From NCBI GenBank assembly GCA_963811165.1, contig CAWEQH010000010.1, positions 416,001 to 480,000 on the forward strand: a DNA stretch of 64,000 nt, given 5' to 3'. A program made the translations under genes and the position numbers. The notes beneath the pieces are model-generated. The model did no database searches. It worked only from the letters and a program-made list of their open reading frames with translations, and had not been told where the DNA came from. Source of the stretch: an uncultured Nitrospiraceae bacterium. Its GTDB lineage: Bacteria > Nitrospirota > Thermodesulfovibrionia > Thermodesulfovibrionales > UBA6898. Below are positions 21,114-31,380 of this stretch, piece by piece (positions within the stretch are counted from its first letter, which is position 1; every line of letters begins with the position of its first letter).

Positions 21114-22154
21114 ATGATAAAAATTGCTATTTGCGGAGGCAGTGGATATACAGGGATAGAGCTCCTGCGGATCCTGTCGGGCCATCCGGACGCGGCGATA
21201 ACGGCGATAACGTCGGAGAAATCTGCGGGCAGGAGACCGGCCGGGCTATTTCCCCATCTGCATAAATACGGGGACCTGGTATATGAACCTCTGAACAAGG
21301 AAAAACTTCTCAATAAGGCGGATGTCTTCTTCCTTGCTCTGCCGCACGGCGCCTCGCAGGAGGCGGTAAACTTCTTCTTCAGAAACGGGAAGAAGGTCAT
21401 AGACCTCTCTGCTGATTTCAGGCTGAGAGACCCCGAGACGTACAAAGACTGGTACGGGCTGCCTCACGACTTTGTTCCGACCCTGAAAAAGGCGGTCTAC
21501 GGTCTGCCCGAGATATACAGGAATAAAATAAGAAAGGCAGGGCTCGTAGCCAATCCGGGCTGCTACCCCACGAGCGCGATTCTCGGACTTTTGCCGGCGA
21601 TCAAGGGCGGCCTTATCGATCTGTCCTCGATAGTCATTGACTCTAAATCCGGCACGAGCGGCGCGGGAAGGAAGGCGGATATTGCAGTCTCTTTTTGCGA
21701 GGTGAACGAGGGGTTCAAGGCGTATGCTATCGGAACACACAGACACACACCCGAAATAGAGCAGGAACTTTCCTCTCTCTCAGGCAGGGAGATAATCGTC
21801 AATTTCACTCCCCATCTACTGCCCGTAGACAGGGGCATATTGACAACGGCGTACGCAAGGCTTATAAAAAAGACGGACACTGCAGCGGTATTGAATCTCT
21901 ATGAAAAGAAATATGCCGGCGAGCCCTTCGTCAATGTGCTCCCGGAAGGGATATTCCCGAACATCAAGAATGTGAGGGGCACGAATTTCTGCGAGATCGG
22001 CGTCAAGGTCAATGCAAGGACGAACACGCTCATTATCGTGTCTGCCATTGACAACCTTGTAAAAGGCGCTTCGGGACAGGCGGTCCATAACATGAACATC
22101 ATGATGGGAATTGAAGAAGAAAGAGGGCTCGGCGGTCTCGCCCTCGTCCCTTAA
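21114..22154 (+). CDS. argC: N-acetyl-gamma-glutamyl-phosphate reductase
   Basis: GGSGYTG, ANPGCYPT, SGTSGAG, HRHTPEI and IDNLVKGASGQA motifs. Confidence 0.97.
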   Translation: MIKIAICGGSGYTGIELLRILSGHPDAAITAITSEKSAGRRPAGLFPHLHKYGDLVYEPLNKEKLLNKADVFFLALPHGASQEAVNFFFRNGKKVIDLSADFRLRDPETYKDWYGLPHDFVPTLKKAVYGLPEIYRNKIRKAGLVANPGCYPTSAILGLLPAIKGGLIDLSSIVIDSKSGTSGAGRKADIAVSFCEVNEGFKAYAIGTHRHTPEIEQELSSLSGREIIVNFTPHLLPVDRGILTTAYARLIKKTDTAAVLNLYEKKYAGEPFVNVLPEGIFPNIKNVRGTNFCEIGVKVNARTNTLIIVSAIDNLVKGASGQAVHNMNIMMGIEEERGLGGLALVP

Positions 22155-22173
22155 AGGCGCAAGGAGCAAACTA

Positions 22174-23370
22174 ATGTCAGAACTTACCTATACAAAAAGT
22201 CCCGAGGGGTTCCTCTTCTCCGTGGCAGAGGCTGCCGTCAAGAAACCCGGCCGCAAGGACATCGCGCTGATCGTCTCTGAAGTGGACGCGACTATTGCGG
22301 GTACCTTTACGACAAATACGGTGAAGGCGGCGCCGGTAAGGCTCTGCATGCAAAATATCAAGTCCGGCCGCGGCAGGGCGATAGTCGTAAACAGCGGCAA
22401 CGCCAACGCCTGCACCGGGGCACAAGGGCTTAAGGACGCCGGAAAGATCGCCTCCCACATTTCGCACTACCTGGGAGTAAAGCCGTCTCTTTCCTATGTC
22501 TGTTCCACCGGCGTTATAGGCGTCCCTTTGCCTATGGAGAGGATCGCTCCGGCCCTCGGCATATTGAGGGAGAATGCCGGTGATTATTCTCTCTTGGACG
22601 TTGCGAAGGCCATCATGACAACTGATACCTTTCCAAAGATAACTTCACAGCAAGTCGCCATCGGGAAAAAAACAGGGGTGATCGCAGGGATATGCAAGGG
22701 CGCAGGGATGATCCAGCCTCACATGGCCACGATGCTCTGTTTTATTATCACGGACATCGCGGTTGAACGGAAGGCCCTTCAGGCGCTGTTGAAGGATTCG
22801 GTGCGGCGGTCTTTTAACCGCATCACTATAGATGGAGATATGTCTACAAACGACACGGTCCTTCTGATGGCCAACGGGATGCTCGGCAATACACCGATCG
22901 GCACGAATTCGAAATACATCAAGGCGTTCAAGACTGCTTTAGATAAAGTGACTTATGAACTGGCCAGGCTCGTAGTCAGGGACGGCGAAGGTGCAACGAA
23001 ACTGATCGAGGTCGTTGTGAAGGGTGCCGGGAATGAGGCCCACGCCGAGAAGGCCGCATTTGCAGTCGCAAATTCAAACCTCGTAAAAACGGCGATCTAC
23101 GGAAACGACGCAAACTGGGGCAGGATCATGTGCGCGCTAGGGTATTCCGGGATTCATTTCCGGGAGGATAAGACAGATATTTTCTTCAACGGGACACAGG
23201 TCGTCAGGGGCGGTATCTCTAACCACAAGGATAAAGAGGCGGCAGGGATTTTGAAGTCAAAAGAGATAGGGATTACGATCGATCTTCATTCAGGCAAGTC
23301 CTCTGCGCGCGTCCTCACCTGCGACTTAACAGAGGATTACATCCGCATCAACGCGGAATACAGAACGTAA
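22174..23370 (+). CDS. argJ: Ornithine acetyltransferase / N-acetylglutamate synthase
   Basis: NSGNANACTG, IMTTDT, KGAGMIQPHMATML, DGEGATK and YIRINAEYRT motifs. Confidence 0.97.
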   Translation: MSELTYTKSPEGFLFSVAEAAVKKPGRKDIALIVSEVDATIAGTFTTNTVKAAPVRLCMQNIKSGRGRAIVVNSGNANACTGAQGLKDAGKIASHISHYLGVKPSLSYVCSTGVIGVPLPMERIAPALGILRENAGDYSLLDVAKAIMTTDTFPKITSQQVAIGKKTGVIAGICKGAGMIQPHMATMLCFIITDIAVERKALQALLKDSVRRSFNRITIDGDMSTNDTVLLMANGMLGNTPIGTNSKYIKAFKTALDKVTYELARLVVRDGEGATKLIEVVVKGAGNEAHAEKAAFAVANSNLVKTAIYGNDANWGRIMCALGYSGIHFREDKTDIFFNGTQVVRGGISNHKDKEAAGILKSKEIGITIDLHSGKSSARVLTCDLTEDYIRINAEYRT

Positions 23371-23390
23371 TCCAGTATCTATGATTGCTG

Positions 23391-23464
23391 ATGGGGCGTT
23401 GCCCCGAACCCAAGTTACCTCTCTTGCCGCCCAAGCAAGACAGTCCAAAGAATGGCGCCCCGAT
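23391..23464. repeat. Degenerate palindromic (REP/MITE-like) element between convergent genes
   Basis: GGGGC-GTT-GCCCC hairpin, TCTTGC-N7-GCAAGA hairpin and outer GGGGCG...CGCCCC complementarity. Confidence 0.4.
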
Positions 23465-23480
23465 GAACATCATTTGAGGC

Positions 23481-24248
23481 TTATCCGATAGAAAAAGAGT
23501 CCAGAATCCCGTAGAATGCGGTTACCGCCACAGAATCTAGAGGCAGTTCGACGATACCCTTGCCCTGCAGGTCGTACTCGAAGATTTGATGGTCCTGCGG
23601 CACAAGCCCTGCGACGGTAAGTCCCATCTCCTCCGCCAGTTTCCTCAGGTCCTTCCCTTCGTCGCCCGAGACGCGGTTAATGATCAGCGCGTGTTTCGCG
23701 ACGTCGAGTTCGAGCTCCCTTACCAGTCCGTCTATTCTCTGTGCGGTGCGTACACCTCTGACCGTAGGATCGCTGACAATGAGGAGAAGATCGACCTTAT
23801 GCGTTGTCCGTCTGCTTAAATGCTCCATTCCCGCCTCGTTGTCAATGACCACATATGAATACGTTTCGGATAATTTGTCCGTATATTTTCTTATTATATT
23901 ATTTGCCGCACAATAACATCCGGGTCCCTCGGGTCTGCCCATGACCATCAGATCAAAGCCTCTCGCTTCTATCACGGATTGCTGGACCTGATAGTCAAAT
24001 AGCTGCTCCATCGACATGCCGCCCGGCCGGTCACCGCCGCTCCGTATTGCCTGGAGCGACTCCTCCCTTAGGCCGCCTATCGTGGCATGAACATTCACGC
24101 CCAGCGCTTCGTTGAGGCAGGCGTTGCTGTCGGCATCGACAGCAAGAACAGGCCTCTTCTTTTTTTCCATAAGATACTTCACGGTCAGGGCCGCGATGCT
24201 CGTCTTTCCGGTGCCGCCCTTCCCTGCCAGTGCGATTACGTATGCCAT
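23481..24248 (-). CDS. cooC: CooC/AcsF-type nickel-insertion ATPase (CODH/ACS maturation)
   Basis: GKGGTGKT, VDAD, GPGCYCAAN (CxC) and DNEAGMEHLSRR motifs. Confidence 0.9.
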   Translation of the reverse strand: MAYVIALAGKGGTGKTSIAALTVKYLMEKKKRPVLAVDADSNACLNEALGVNVHATIGGLREESLQAIRSGGDRPGGMSMEQLFDYQVQQSVIEARGFDLMVMGRPEGPGCYCAANNIIRKYTDKLSETYSYVVIDNEAGMEHLSRRTTHKVDLLLIVSDPTVRGVRTAQRIDGLVRELELDVAKHALIINRVSGDEGKDLRKLAEEMGLTVAGLVPQDHQIFEYDLQGKGIVELPLDSVAVTAFYGILDSFSIG

Positions 24249-24574
24249 ATATGTTTACCCCACTCTCTTCTTTTTTAATATATTATACCCGCCTCACCCT
24301 AAAAATTCCGTACGATCGTCAAGGAAATTCTAAAATCCTAATATTGAAAAACATTGGAAGTGTCCCGGGACACTTCCAAATCATTCTCCCTTCGATAATA
24401 AGGCTGGTAAACCTGATATAATGGAGACGATCAAACTGAGGATTGTGAACATACTTGATCTTTTTTTCAAAGATCGTTTATCGGGAGGGTTCGATTTCCG
24501 GTGATAAAGGCCTCCGAAAATTTATCCAATAAGAGCTTCACATTCTGGCAGCAGGATATTGCCTATGTATATGA

Positions 24575-24685
24575 ACAACGCTCCCGCCTCTTTTTTCCCT
24601 CGTCCTGGCAGGCATGGTAGTCTTTTACCTGCTGATCGTAGAACGGGTCAAACAGTGGTTTTTCCACAGGTATATTTTCAGGTGA
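24575..24685 (+). pseudogene. C-terminal remnant resembling a Mg2+-importing P-type ATPase
   Basis: Manual translation TTLPPLFSLVLAGMVVFYLLIVERVKQWFFHRYIFR* resembles the last helix of MgtA-type ATPases; an in-frame stop lies just upstream. Confidence 0.5.
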
Positions 24686-24693
24686 TGCAAACT

Positions 24694-24915
24694 ATGAAAG
24701 ATTTTATATTAGAAGGCGACTTCATCGAATTACACAAGCTCTTAAAGATCACAGGACTATGCGGCAGCGGAGGGATGGCGAAGGCCCTGATCGCAGAGGG
24801 GAAGGTCAAGGTCGATGATAAAGCAGAACTGAGAAAACGCTGCAAGATACGCACCGGACAGGTTGTAGAATTCGAGGGGCATAAGATGCTTATAAGAAAT
24901 GCATCCGCGACCTGA
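24694..24915 (+). CDS. S4-domain RNA-binding protein (YbcJ/YaaA-like)
   Basis: FIELHKLLK...SGGMAK...GKVKVD...ELRKRCKIRTG pattern. Confidence 0.88.
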   Translation: MKDFILEGDFIELHKLLKITGLCGSGGMAKALIAEGKVKVDDKAELRKRCKIRTGQVVEFEGHKMLIRNASAT

Positions 24916-24961
24916 TCCAAGTTCGCTTGCAATGTTCATCGATTTACAGTAATATTTCCGC

Positions 24962-26170
24962 ATGCAAAAATTAGTCCGAGATTTAATTCAAACCAACTCG
25001 ACCAAGATTGTGCTCGTGGTCCTCGATGGACTCGGGGGGCTTCCGGTAAACGGAAAGACCGAACTGGAAGCTGCGAAGACCCCGAATATGGATTCCGTCG
25101 CACAGTCGTCAGCGTGCGGGCTTCACCTCCCTGTGGCTTACGGCATCACGCCGGGCAGCGGCCCGGGCCACCTGTCCCTCTTTGGATATAATCCTCTCGA
25201 ATATCAGATCGGCAGGGGGATCCTAGAGGCCCTTGGTCTCGGCATGGACGTAAGAAGGACAGACATCGCCCTGCGCTGCAATTATGCTACGCTCGAAAAA
25301 GGCATCATAAAAGACAGGCGGGCAGGCAGGATACCAACGGAGCAGAGCAGAAAGATTACAGATAAATTGCAATCGGCGATAACTAAAATAGATGACGCAG
25401 AGATACATTTTGCGCCAGGCATGGAGCACAGGTTCGCGGTCCTGATGAGGTTCCCCGGGCCGCTCCCTCCCGGCGCCGACTCCCTAAACGACACAGACCC
25501 GCAGAAAGAGGGAAAAACTCCTCTCCAACTTCTTGCGGCCTCGCCTGCAGCTGAACGCGTGGCGCGGGTTGCCGAGAAGCTCATTGCAGAAGTCTCGGAG
25601 GTATTGAAAGGGGAGGAAAGGGCTAATTATATACTCTTGAGAGGGTTCTCCGTCATGCCCCATCTTACTACCTTTAAGGAGGCATACGGACTGAATGCCG
25701 TTGCAATCGCGACCTATCCCATGTACGGCGGACTCGCAAAGCTTGTCGGCATGACCACGCCGGCAGTCTCCGGAGGGGTGCAGGAAGAGATCGATTTCCT
25801 CAAGGCAAACTACGATACGTACGATTTCTTTTTCCTCCATGTAAAAAAAGTGGACTCCTACGGCGAAGACGGCGACTTCGCCGGGAAATGCAAGCGGATC
25901 GAGGAATTCGACGCCCTCCTCCCTCAGATACTTTCTCTTGGTCCCGATGTGCTCATCATCACAGGCGACCATTCCACGCCGGCAGTTATGAAGGGCCATA
26001 GCTGGCACCCCGTCCCTATGCTCCTAAAGTCATCCTACGTGCTGGGAGGTCTCTGCAAAGGGTTTTCCGAGAGGGAATGCACCAAAGGGGAACTAGGCAT
26101 CTTCCCGACCGTTAACCTCATGCCTCTTGCTCTGGCCAACGCCGGCAGACTGAAGAAGTTCGGGGCATGA
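24962..26170 (+). CDS. apgM: 2,3-bisphosphoglycerate-independent phosphoglycerate mutase (ApgM type)
   Basis: VLDGLGG, TPGSGPGHLSLFGY, TGDHSTP and HSWHPVP motifs. Confidence 0.93.
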   Translation: MQKLVRDLIQTNSTKIVLVVLDGLGGLPVNGKTELEAAKTPNMDSVAQSSACGLHLPVAYGITPGSGPGHLSLFGYNPLEYQIGRGILEALGLGMDVRRTDIALRCNYATLEKGIIKDRRAGRIPTEQSRKITDKLQSAITKIDDAEIHFAPGMEHRFAVLMRFPGPLPPGADSLNDTDPQKEGKTPLQLLAASPAAERVARVAEKLIAEVSEVLKGEERANYILLRGFSVMPHLTTFKEAYGLNAVAIATYPMYGGLAKLVGMTTPAVSGGVQEEIDFLKANYDTYDFFFLHVKKVDSYGEDGDFAGKCKRIEEFDALLPQILSLGPDVLIITGDHSTPAVMKGHSWHPVPMLLKSSYVLGGLCKGFSERECTKGELGIFPTVNLMPLALANAGRLKKFGA

Positions 26171-26341
26171 ACCCAATCGCCTGCCTGGATTCGTAGACAC
26201 CGGACCTGAATCCTCCTTACCCTAAGGATGAAGAAGGGTAATGATTTCCCTTCCTGCTGACAAGGCAAGCCAATTTGTCGTAACATAAAAGTTGCTCACA
26301 ATATTTTATAATAAAAAAAACATGAAGAGGACCGTAGAGTA

Positions 26342-27797
26342 ATGAAAGAAGATATATCTTCGCCGGAGAGATCGATGGGTCGGCCGGACCAGAGATCTCA
26401 CGTTTCCGAAAATCGACCTCCCGAAATAATGGTCCCGTTGATCGATACGCATTGCCATCTTGAGATGGCCCAGTTCGACGGGGACCGTGAAGAGGTGATA
26501 CGCCGGGCAAAAGAAGCGGGGTTCGAGGCGTTGATCAGCGTCGGTTCCAGCCTGGAAGGAACGTTAGGGGCGCTGAAGCTCGCCGAACAATACGATTTCA
26601 TCTATGCCTCGGTCGGCATCCATCCCCACGATGCAAAGGATTTCTCGCAACAAATTTATGAAGATTTAAAGAGGATGACGGAAAACAAAAAGGTCGTCGC
26701 CGTAGGCGAGACCGGCCTCGACTATCATTACGATCACTCGCCGCGCGACGTCCAAAGGGAGGTGTTCAAACAACACCTCGCCCTCGCAAAAGAGACCGCT
26801 CTTCCGGTCATTGTCCATAGCAGGGAAGCCGAAGAAGACACGATGGCCATCCTCGCTGAATCAGGGATCAGTAGCGGAGTCCTGCATTGCTTCTCAGGAG
26901 ACGCGCAGATGGCCGAGGAGGCGATGTCTATGGGGCTAAGCATATCCCTTGCGGGACCGGTGACTTTCAAGAAGTCCTCTGCACTGAGGGAAATAGTTCG
27001 CATGGTCCCTGACGACTATCTCCTCATAGAGACAGACGCGCCCTACCTTTCGCCCGAGCCCTTCAGGGGCAAACGGAATGAGCCGTACTATCTGCGACAT
27101 ACGGCGAGCTATCGTCGCAGAGTTGCGCGGCATCAGTTTTGAGGACATCGCGAGGATCACCAGCCTTAACGCAAGAAAGCTCTTTGGCGTCGGGTCCATG
27201 CCCGAGGAGGCTGCGATCGCTTATCAGATCAGAGACAGCCTTTATCTGAACATCACAAACCGCTGCACCAATGCCTGTTCCTTCTGCATCAAGTTACGCT
27301 CGGACTTCGTGAAGGGGCACAGATTAAGGCTCGGCCATGAACCCACCGAAGAGGAGATCATACGGGCCATTGGCGATCCATCCCGTTACAGGGAAGTGGT
27401 TTTTTGCGGATACGGTGAGCCTCTCCAAAGAATCGACATCGTTACGCACGTCGCCCGGTGGATAAAAGAGCACAACGGCAGGGTGAGAATCAATACAAAC
27501 GGACAGGCCAACCTCATCCACAAGCGCGACGTCATTTCCGAGTTAAAGGGACTTATCGACAGCGTCTCGGTAAGCCTCGACGCCCAGGACGAGACCACCT
27601 ATAACAGGATCTGCAGGCCTGCATTCAAAAATGCGTTCCCGGAAGTCATCAGATTTATACGCGAGGCGAAGGAGCAGATACGCGACGTCCGGGCAACCGT
27701 AGTGGACCTCGAAGGCGTAGACCTGGAAAAATGCAGGGAGTTGGCTGAAGGGCTCGGGGTAAAGTTCAGAATACGGAAACTCGATGCGGTGGGATAA
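26342..27797 (+). CDS. TatD hydrolase fused to a TatD-associated radical SAM domain (frameshift near 27107)
   Basis: IDTHCHL, GIHPH, GETGLDY and ETDAPYL motifs. The TatD final helix (ITSLNARKLF) is in frame with YLNITNRCTNACSFC and FCGYGEP. Confidence 0.88.
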
Positions 27798-28878
27798 AGT
27801 CCTTTACCCATGTGAGGAACGCCTTCACCACTGAAGGGTCGAACTGCGTTCCGGAGCATCGTTCAATCTCCTCGATAGCCTCCGCCTTTGTTTTCATCTG
27901 TCTATACGGCCTGTCTGAAGTCATCGCATCGAAGGCGTCCGCTACGCTCAGGATCCTTGCCATGAGGGGTATCTTGTCCCCCCGCAGCCCGAAGATGCCG
28001 TTTTTCCCGTCCCAGTGCTCGTGATGATATTTTACGCTCTGGATTATCTCATCAAACTGCTTCAGTTCCACGAGTATCTCGGCCCCGAGAGCCGCATGTC
28101 TCTTAATCTCGGACCACTCCTCCTTCTCGAGTCTGCCGTTTTTATTGAGAATCTCCTTCGGCGTGGCGATCTTTCCGATATCATGGAGGAGCGCGCTGAG
28201 CTTCAGCTTTTCCATCAGCCCGGCTTCGAGCCCCATGACCCTGCCTATTCCGAGAGAATAACTGGTAACACGCTCCGTATGGCCGGCCGTCCAGTATGAC
28301 GACGCCTCAAGCGCCTTAACAAGCGACCGAATAGCCCCGAGCATGAGGCTTTCCAACTCAGTGTAAAGAAGGGCATTCTCAATCGCAAGACCGGCCTGGG
28401 CAGCGATCGTCGAGAGGAGTTTCGAATCATTTGAGAAAAACTCCTCCCCGGACTCCTTATCGGCGACCACAATCGCGCCGATAATTCTTGCCTTGCCGAC
28501 AAGGGGACAGATCATCAGGGACGACAGTTCCGGGAAATAATCCTTATGTTCGGTCTCAATAAGCCTGCAATATGCCGACGGCTTTCGGGAATCAATCGAC
28601 TTCCATATGACGTCCATGGTTTTGTCGATCACCCGCCCATTGTTCCATTTCCCTCTGCAGGTCTTTGTATTCAACGTCTCGCCCTTAGCGTCAAGAAAAA
28701 GGACCGCAGCGGTCTGGACGCCTATTGTGTAAACCGCCTCTTTAGTGATCCTCGAACAGATATCATCTATGCTGAGAAAGGAAAAGACCTCGGATATCCT
28801 GTGAAGCAGTGAGAGTTCTTCGTAAGCGTTGCTGAGTTCCCGGACGGTGAGGGCCAGATCATTGTCCCGGCCCGTCAC
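27766..28878 (-). CDS. GAF + HD-GYP-type phosphohydrolase
   Basis: GAF domain (LAIENALLY), GHTERV, LHDIGK, HHEHWDG and ADAFDAMTSDRPY motifs. Confidence 0.9.
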   Translation of the reverse strand: MTGRDNDLALTVRELSNAYEELSLLHRISEVFSFLSIDDICSRITKEAVYTIGVQTAAVLFLDAKGETLNTKTCRGKWNNGRVIDKTMDVIWKSIDSRKPSAYCRLIETEHKDYFPELSSLMICPLVGKARIIGAIVVADKESGEEFFSNDSKLLSTIAAQAGLAIENALLYTELESLMLGAIRSLVKALEASSYWTAGHTERVTSYSLGIGRVMGLEAGLMEKLKLSALLHDIGKIATPKEILNKNGRLEKEEWSEIKRHAALGAEILVELKQFDEIIQSVKYHHEHWDGKNGIFGLRGDKIPLMARILSVADAFDAMTSDRPYRQMKTKAEAIEEIERCSGTQFDPSVVKAFLTWVKDFIPPHRVSVF

Positions 28879-29237
28879 CGCAGTACCTCCTGAACCATCT
28901 CAAGCAGCGCCTTAGGGCTGAAGGGTTTCGTGATATACCTTGCCACGCCGCATCGCAGCCCCAGTTGTTCGTCGGCGTCCTGTCCTTTTGCAGTAAGCAT
29001 AAAAATAGGGATACCGGAGGTTTCAGGGTCCTGTTTAAGGTTCCTGCATACCTCTATCCCGCTGATTTCCGGCATCATCCAGTCGAGGATGACGAGGCCC
29101 GGCTTCTCTTTCCTGATGACCTCAACCGCAGGAACGCTGCTCCTGAGGGTGACAACATGGATCCCGGCACTTTTTAATTTGTCCTCTATCATCATAAGGA
29201 TAAAAGGCTCATCGTCTATGACAACAACCTTCTTCAT
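28875..29237 (-). CDS. Single-domain response regulator
   Basis: VIDDE, LDWMMPEISG, LTAKG and KPFSP receiver motifs. Confidence 0.93.
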   Translation of the reverse strand: MKKVVVIDDEPFILMMIEDKLKSAGIHVVTLRSSVPAVEVIRKEKPGLVILDWMMPEISGIEVCRNLKQDPETSGIPIFMLTAKGQDADEQLGLRCGVARYITKPFSPKALLEMVQEVLR

Positions 29238-29332
29238 TCCGTCTCCCTTACCTGCCGCGGCCATCGATAGTCATTATACCACCGGCAACGCTTTGAAGAA
29301 TAGTCGCAAATGGCCTCGCCTCCCGGAAAGGC

Positions 29333-30595
29333 TCATCCGATGCCGGAAATAAAATCGCCGATCCCGGCGATCTGTATCCGGCCCGTGGCCGAATCCGAGA
29401 GTCTCTTCCATCCCACAACCCCGGACTGTATTTCATCGTCGCCTATGACAATCACATACCTGGAGGAAAGCCTGTCGGCCCTCCTCATCTGGCTCTTTAA
29501 AGAAGAGGTCCCGTCACCGAGTTCCACCCAGATGCCCTTTTCCCGGAGACCGTCGGCAATATGCACTCCCTCTTTGCCGGCACGCTCGCCAACGGCCGCG
29601 ATGAAGACTTCAGGGGCCGGAAGGTCATATTTTACCGACGTCTTCAACAACTCCACGATCCTCTCCATCCCCAGTGCAAAGCCGATCGCCGGGGTTTCGG
29701 GGCCGCCGAACTCCTTTACGAGCCTGTCATATCTTCCGCCGGCCGCAACAGCGTTTTGGGCGCCGAGGTTTTCGCTAGTGACCTCGAATGTCGTGCGGGT
29801 ATAATAATCGAGACCTCTGACCATCTCGGGGTTGACCGAATGGGGAATGCCGAGCATTGCGAGGATGGCGAGGAGCCTTTCGAAATGAATCCGGCAGTCC
29901 TCGCAGAGATGGTCGACCACCCTGGGAGCGCCCTTTCTTAGCTCCTTGCACCGATCGACTTTGCAGTCGAGAATCCTGAGAGGATTCTGCTCATACCTCC
30001 TCCGGCAATCGGGACAAAGCTCATCCAGGCTACCGGCAAAATATGCCAGGAGCGCATCTTTGAACGCCGGCCTGCAATTTTCGCATCCGATTGAATTGAC
30101 CTGGAAATGAAGCGTCTGCAGGCCGATACCCCTGAGCAGGCGGCTGAGCATCGAGATAACCTCGGCATCCATCTCAGCGCGGGCAGAGCCGAATGCCTCT
30201 ACCCCTATCTGGTAGAATTGCCTGAACCTGCCGGACTGCGGCCTTTCATACCGAAACATCGGTCCCAGGTAATAGAACTTCTGTGGCGACGGCAGGTTAT
30301 AGAGATGGTTTTCGACATAGCATCGTACGACTGAAGCAGTACCCTCGGGCCTGAGTGTCACGCTACGACCTCCCTTGTCCTCGAAGGTATACATTTCCTT
30401 TTCGACTATATCGGTGTTCTCGCCTATACTTCGCGTAAATACCGATGTGGATTCGACTATCGGGGTCCTTATCTCAAGGAAGCCGTAAGACGCAAAAACT
30501 TCCCTCGCCTTCTTCTCGACGTCCTGCCATATATGTATATCCGGGGGCATGATGTCCTTCATGCCCTTCAGCGCCTGGTAGCGTCCAGAGCTCAC
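29333..30595 (-). CDS. hisS: Histidine-tRNA ligase
   Basis: LRPEGTAS, FRYERPQSGRFRQF, VRGLDYY and GGRYD motifs. Confidence 0.97.
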   Translation of the reverse strand: MSSGRYQALKGMKDIMPPDIHIWQDVEKKAREVFASYGFLEIRTPIVESTSVFTRSIGENTDIVEKEMYTFEDKGGRSVTLRPEGTASVVRCYVENHLYNLPSPQKFYYLGPMFRYERPQSGRFRQFYQIGVEAFGSARAEMDAEVISMLSRLLRGIGLQTLHFQVNSIGCENCRPAFKDALLAYFAGSLDELCPDCRRRYEQNPLRILDCKVDRCKELRKGAPRVVDHLCEDCRIHFERLLAILAMLGIPHSVNPEMVRGLDYYTRTTFEVTSENLGAQNAVAAGGRYDRLVKEFGGPETPAIGFALGMERIVELLKTSVKYDLPAPEVFIAAVGERAGKEGVHIADGLREKGIWVELGDGTSSLKSQMRRADRLSSRYVIVIGDDEIQSGVVGWKRLSDSATGRIQIAGIGDFISGIG

Positions 30596-31071
30596 TCGGC
30601 GACCTCTTCCCTGTTTTCTCCTTCTCTGTAGGAATCATGGTCGACCATCCTCGAATGGTTTTCGATGAGCCGCTTCAATTCCTCCTTAAAATGACGGCGT
30701 ATGCCTTTAAGGTCGACGATGTCTTCGTGGATCTTGATGACCTTTTCCTGGGCGTCTTTGATCAGTTCGTCCGCCTTGATCTCGGCCTCCTTGATCAGAA
30801 GCTCCGCCTCTTTTCTGGCGTTCGTCTTATAGTCCTCTACCATCTGCTGAGCGGTCATTAAGGTCTCACGCAGCGTCGTCTCCATGTCCTTGTATTCCTT
30901 GATATGGGTTGTGGCCCTCTGCACGTTTTCCTTCAGTGAAGCATTCTCCCGCAGGAGTTCCTCCATCTCCTCCCTGACCACCTCAAGAAATGCATATACC
31001 TCTTCCACGTCAAACCCTCTGAACTTCATCGGGAATTGCTTCTGCTGGATATCAAGCGGCGTGATTCTCAT
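30592..31071 (-). CDS. DivIVA domain protein
   Basis: MRITPLDIQQKQF...RGFDVEEV followed by coiled coil. Confidence 0.93.
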   Translation of the reverse strand: MRITPLDIQQKQFPMKFRGFDVEEVYAFLEVVREEMEELLRENASLKENVQRATTHIKEYKDMETTLRETLMTAQQMVEDYKTNARKEAELLIKEAEIKADELIKDAQEKVIKIHEDIVDLKGIRRHFKEELKRLIENHSRMVDHDSYREGENREEVAE

Positions 31072-31074
31072 ATG

Positions 31075-31380
31075 TTATCCTCCTCCAAAGTGCTGACCGA
31101 TTTTTATTACTGTCCTTACCAGAAATGACTGCAGGAATATAATAACAAGAATTACTACTATGGGAGAAATATCTATAGGCCCCAGCCGGTACCCGATGAG
31201 ACGACGGATAGGCCTGAACACCGGTTCAGTGACCGCATGGAGAAACCGTATAATGGGGTTATACGGGTCCGGGTTTACCCAGCTGATAAGCGCAGCGATA
31301 ATGACAATCCATTTATACAGCCCAAGGAGATAGTCAAGGATTGTTGCGACGGATATGAGCAAGTCGCCGAATACGAACAT
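31075..31380 (-). CDS. yggT: YggT family membrane protein
   Basis: ISWVNPDPYNPI...TEP...IDISPI motif. Confidence 0.93.
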   Translation of the reverse strand: MFVFGDLLISVATILDYLLGLYKWIVIIAALISWVNPDPYNPIIRFLHAVTEPVFRPIRRLIGYRLGPIDISPIVVILVIIFLQSFLVRTVIKIGQHFGGG

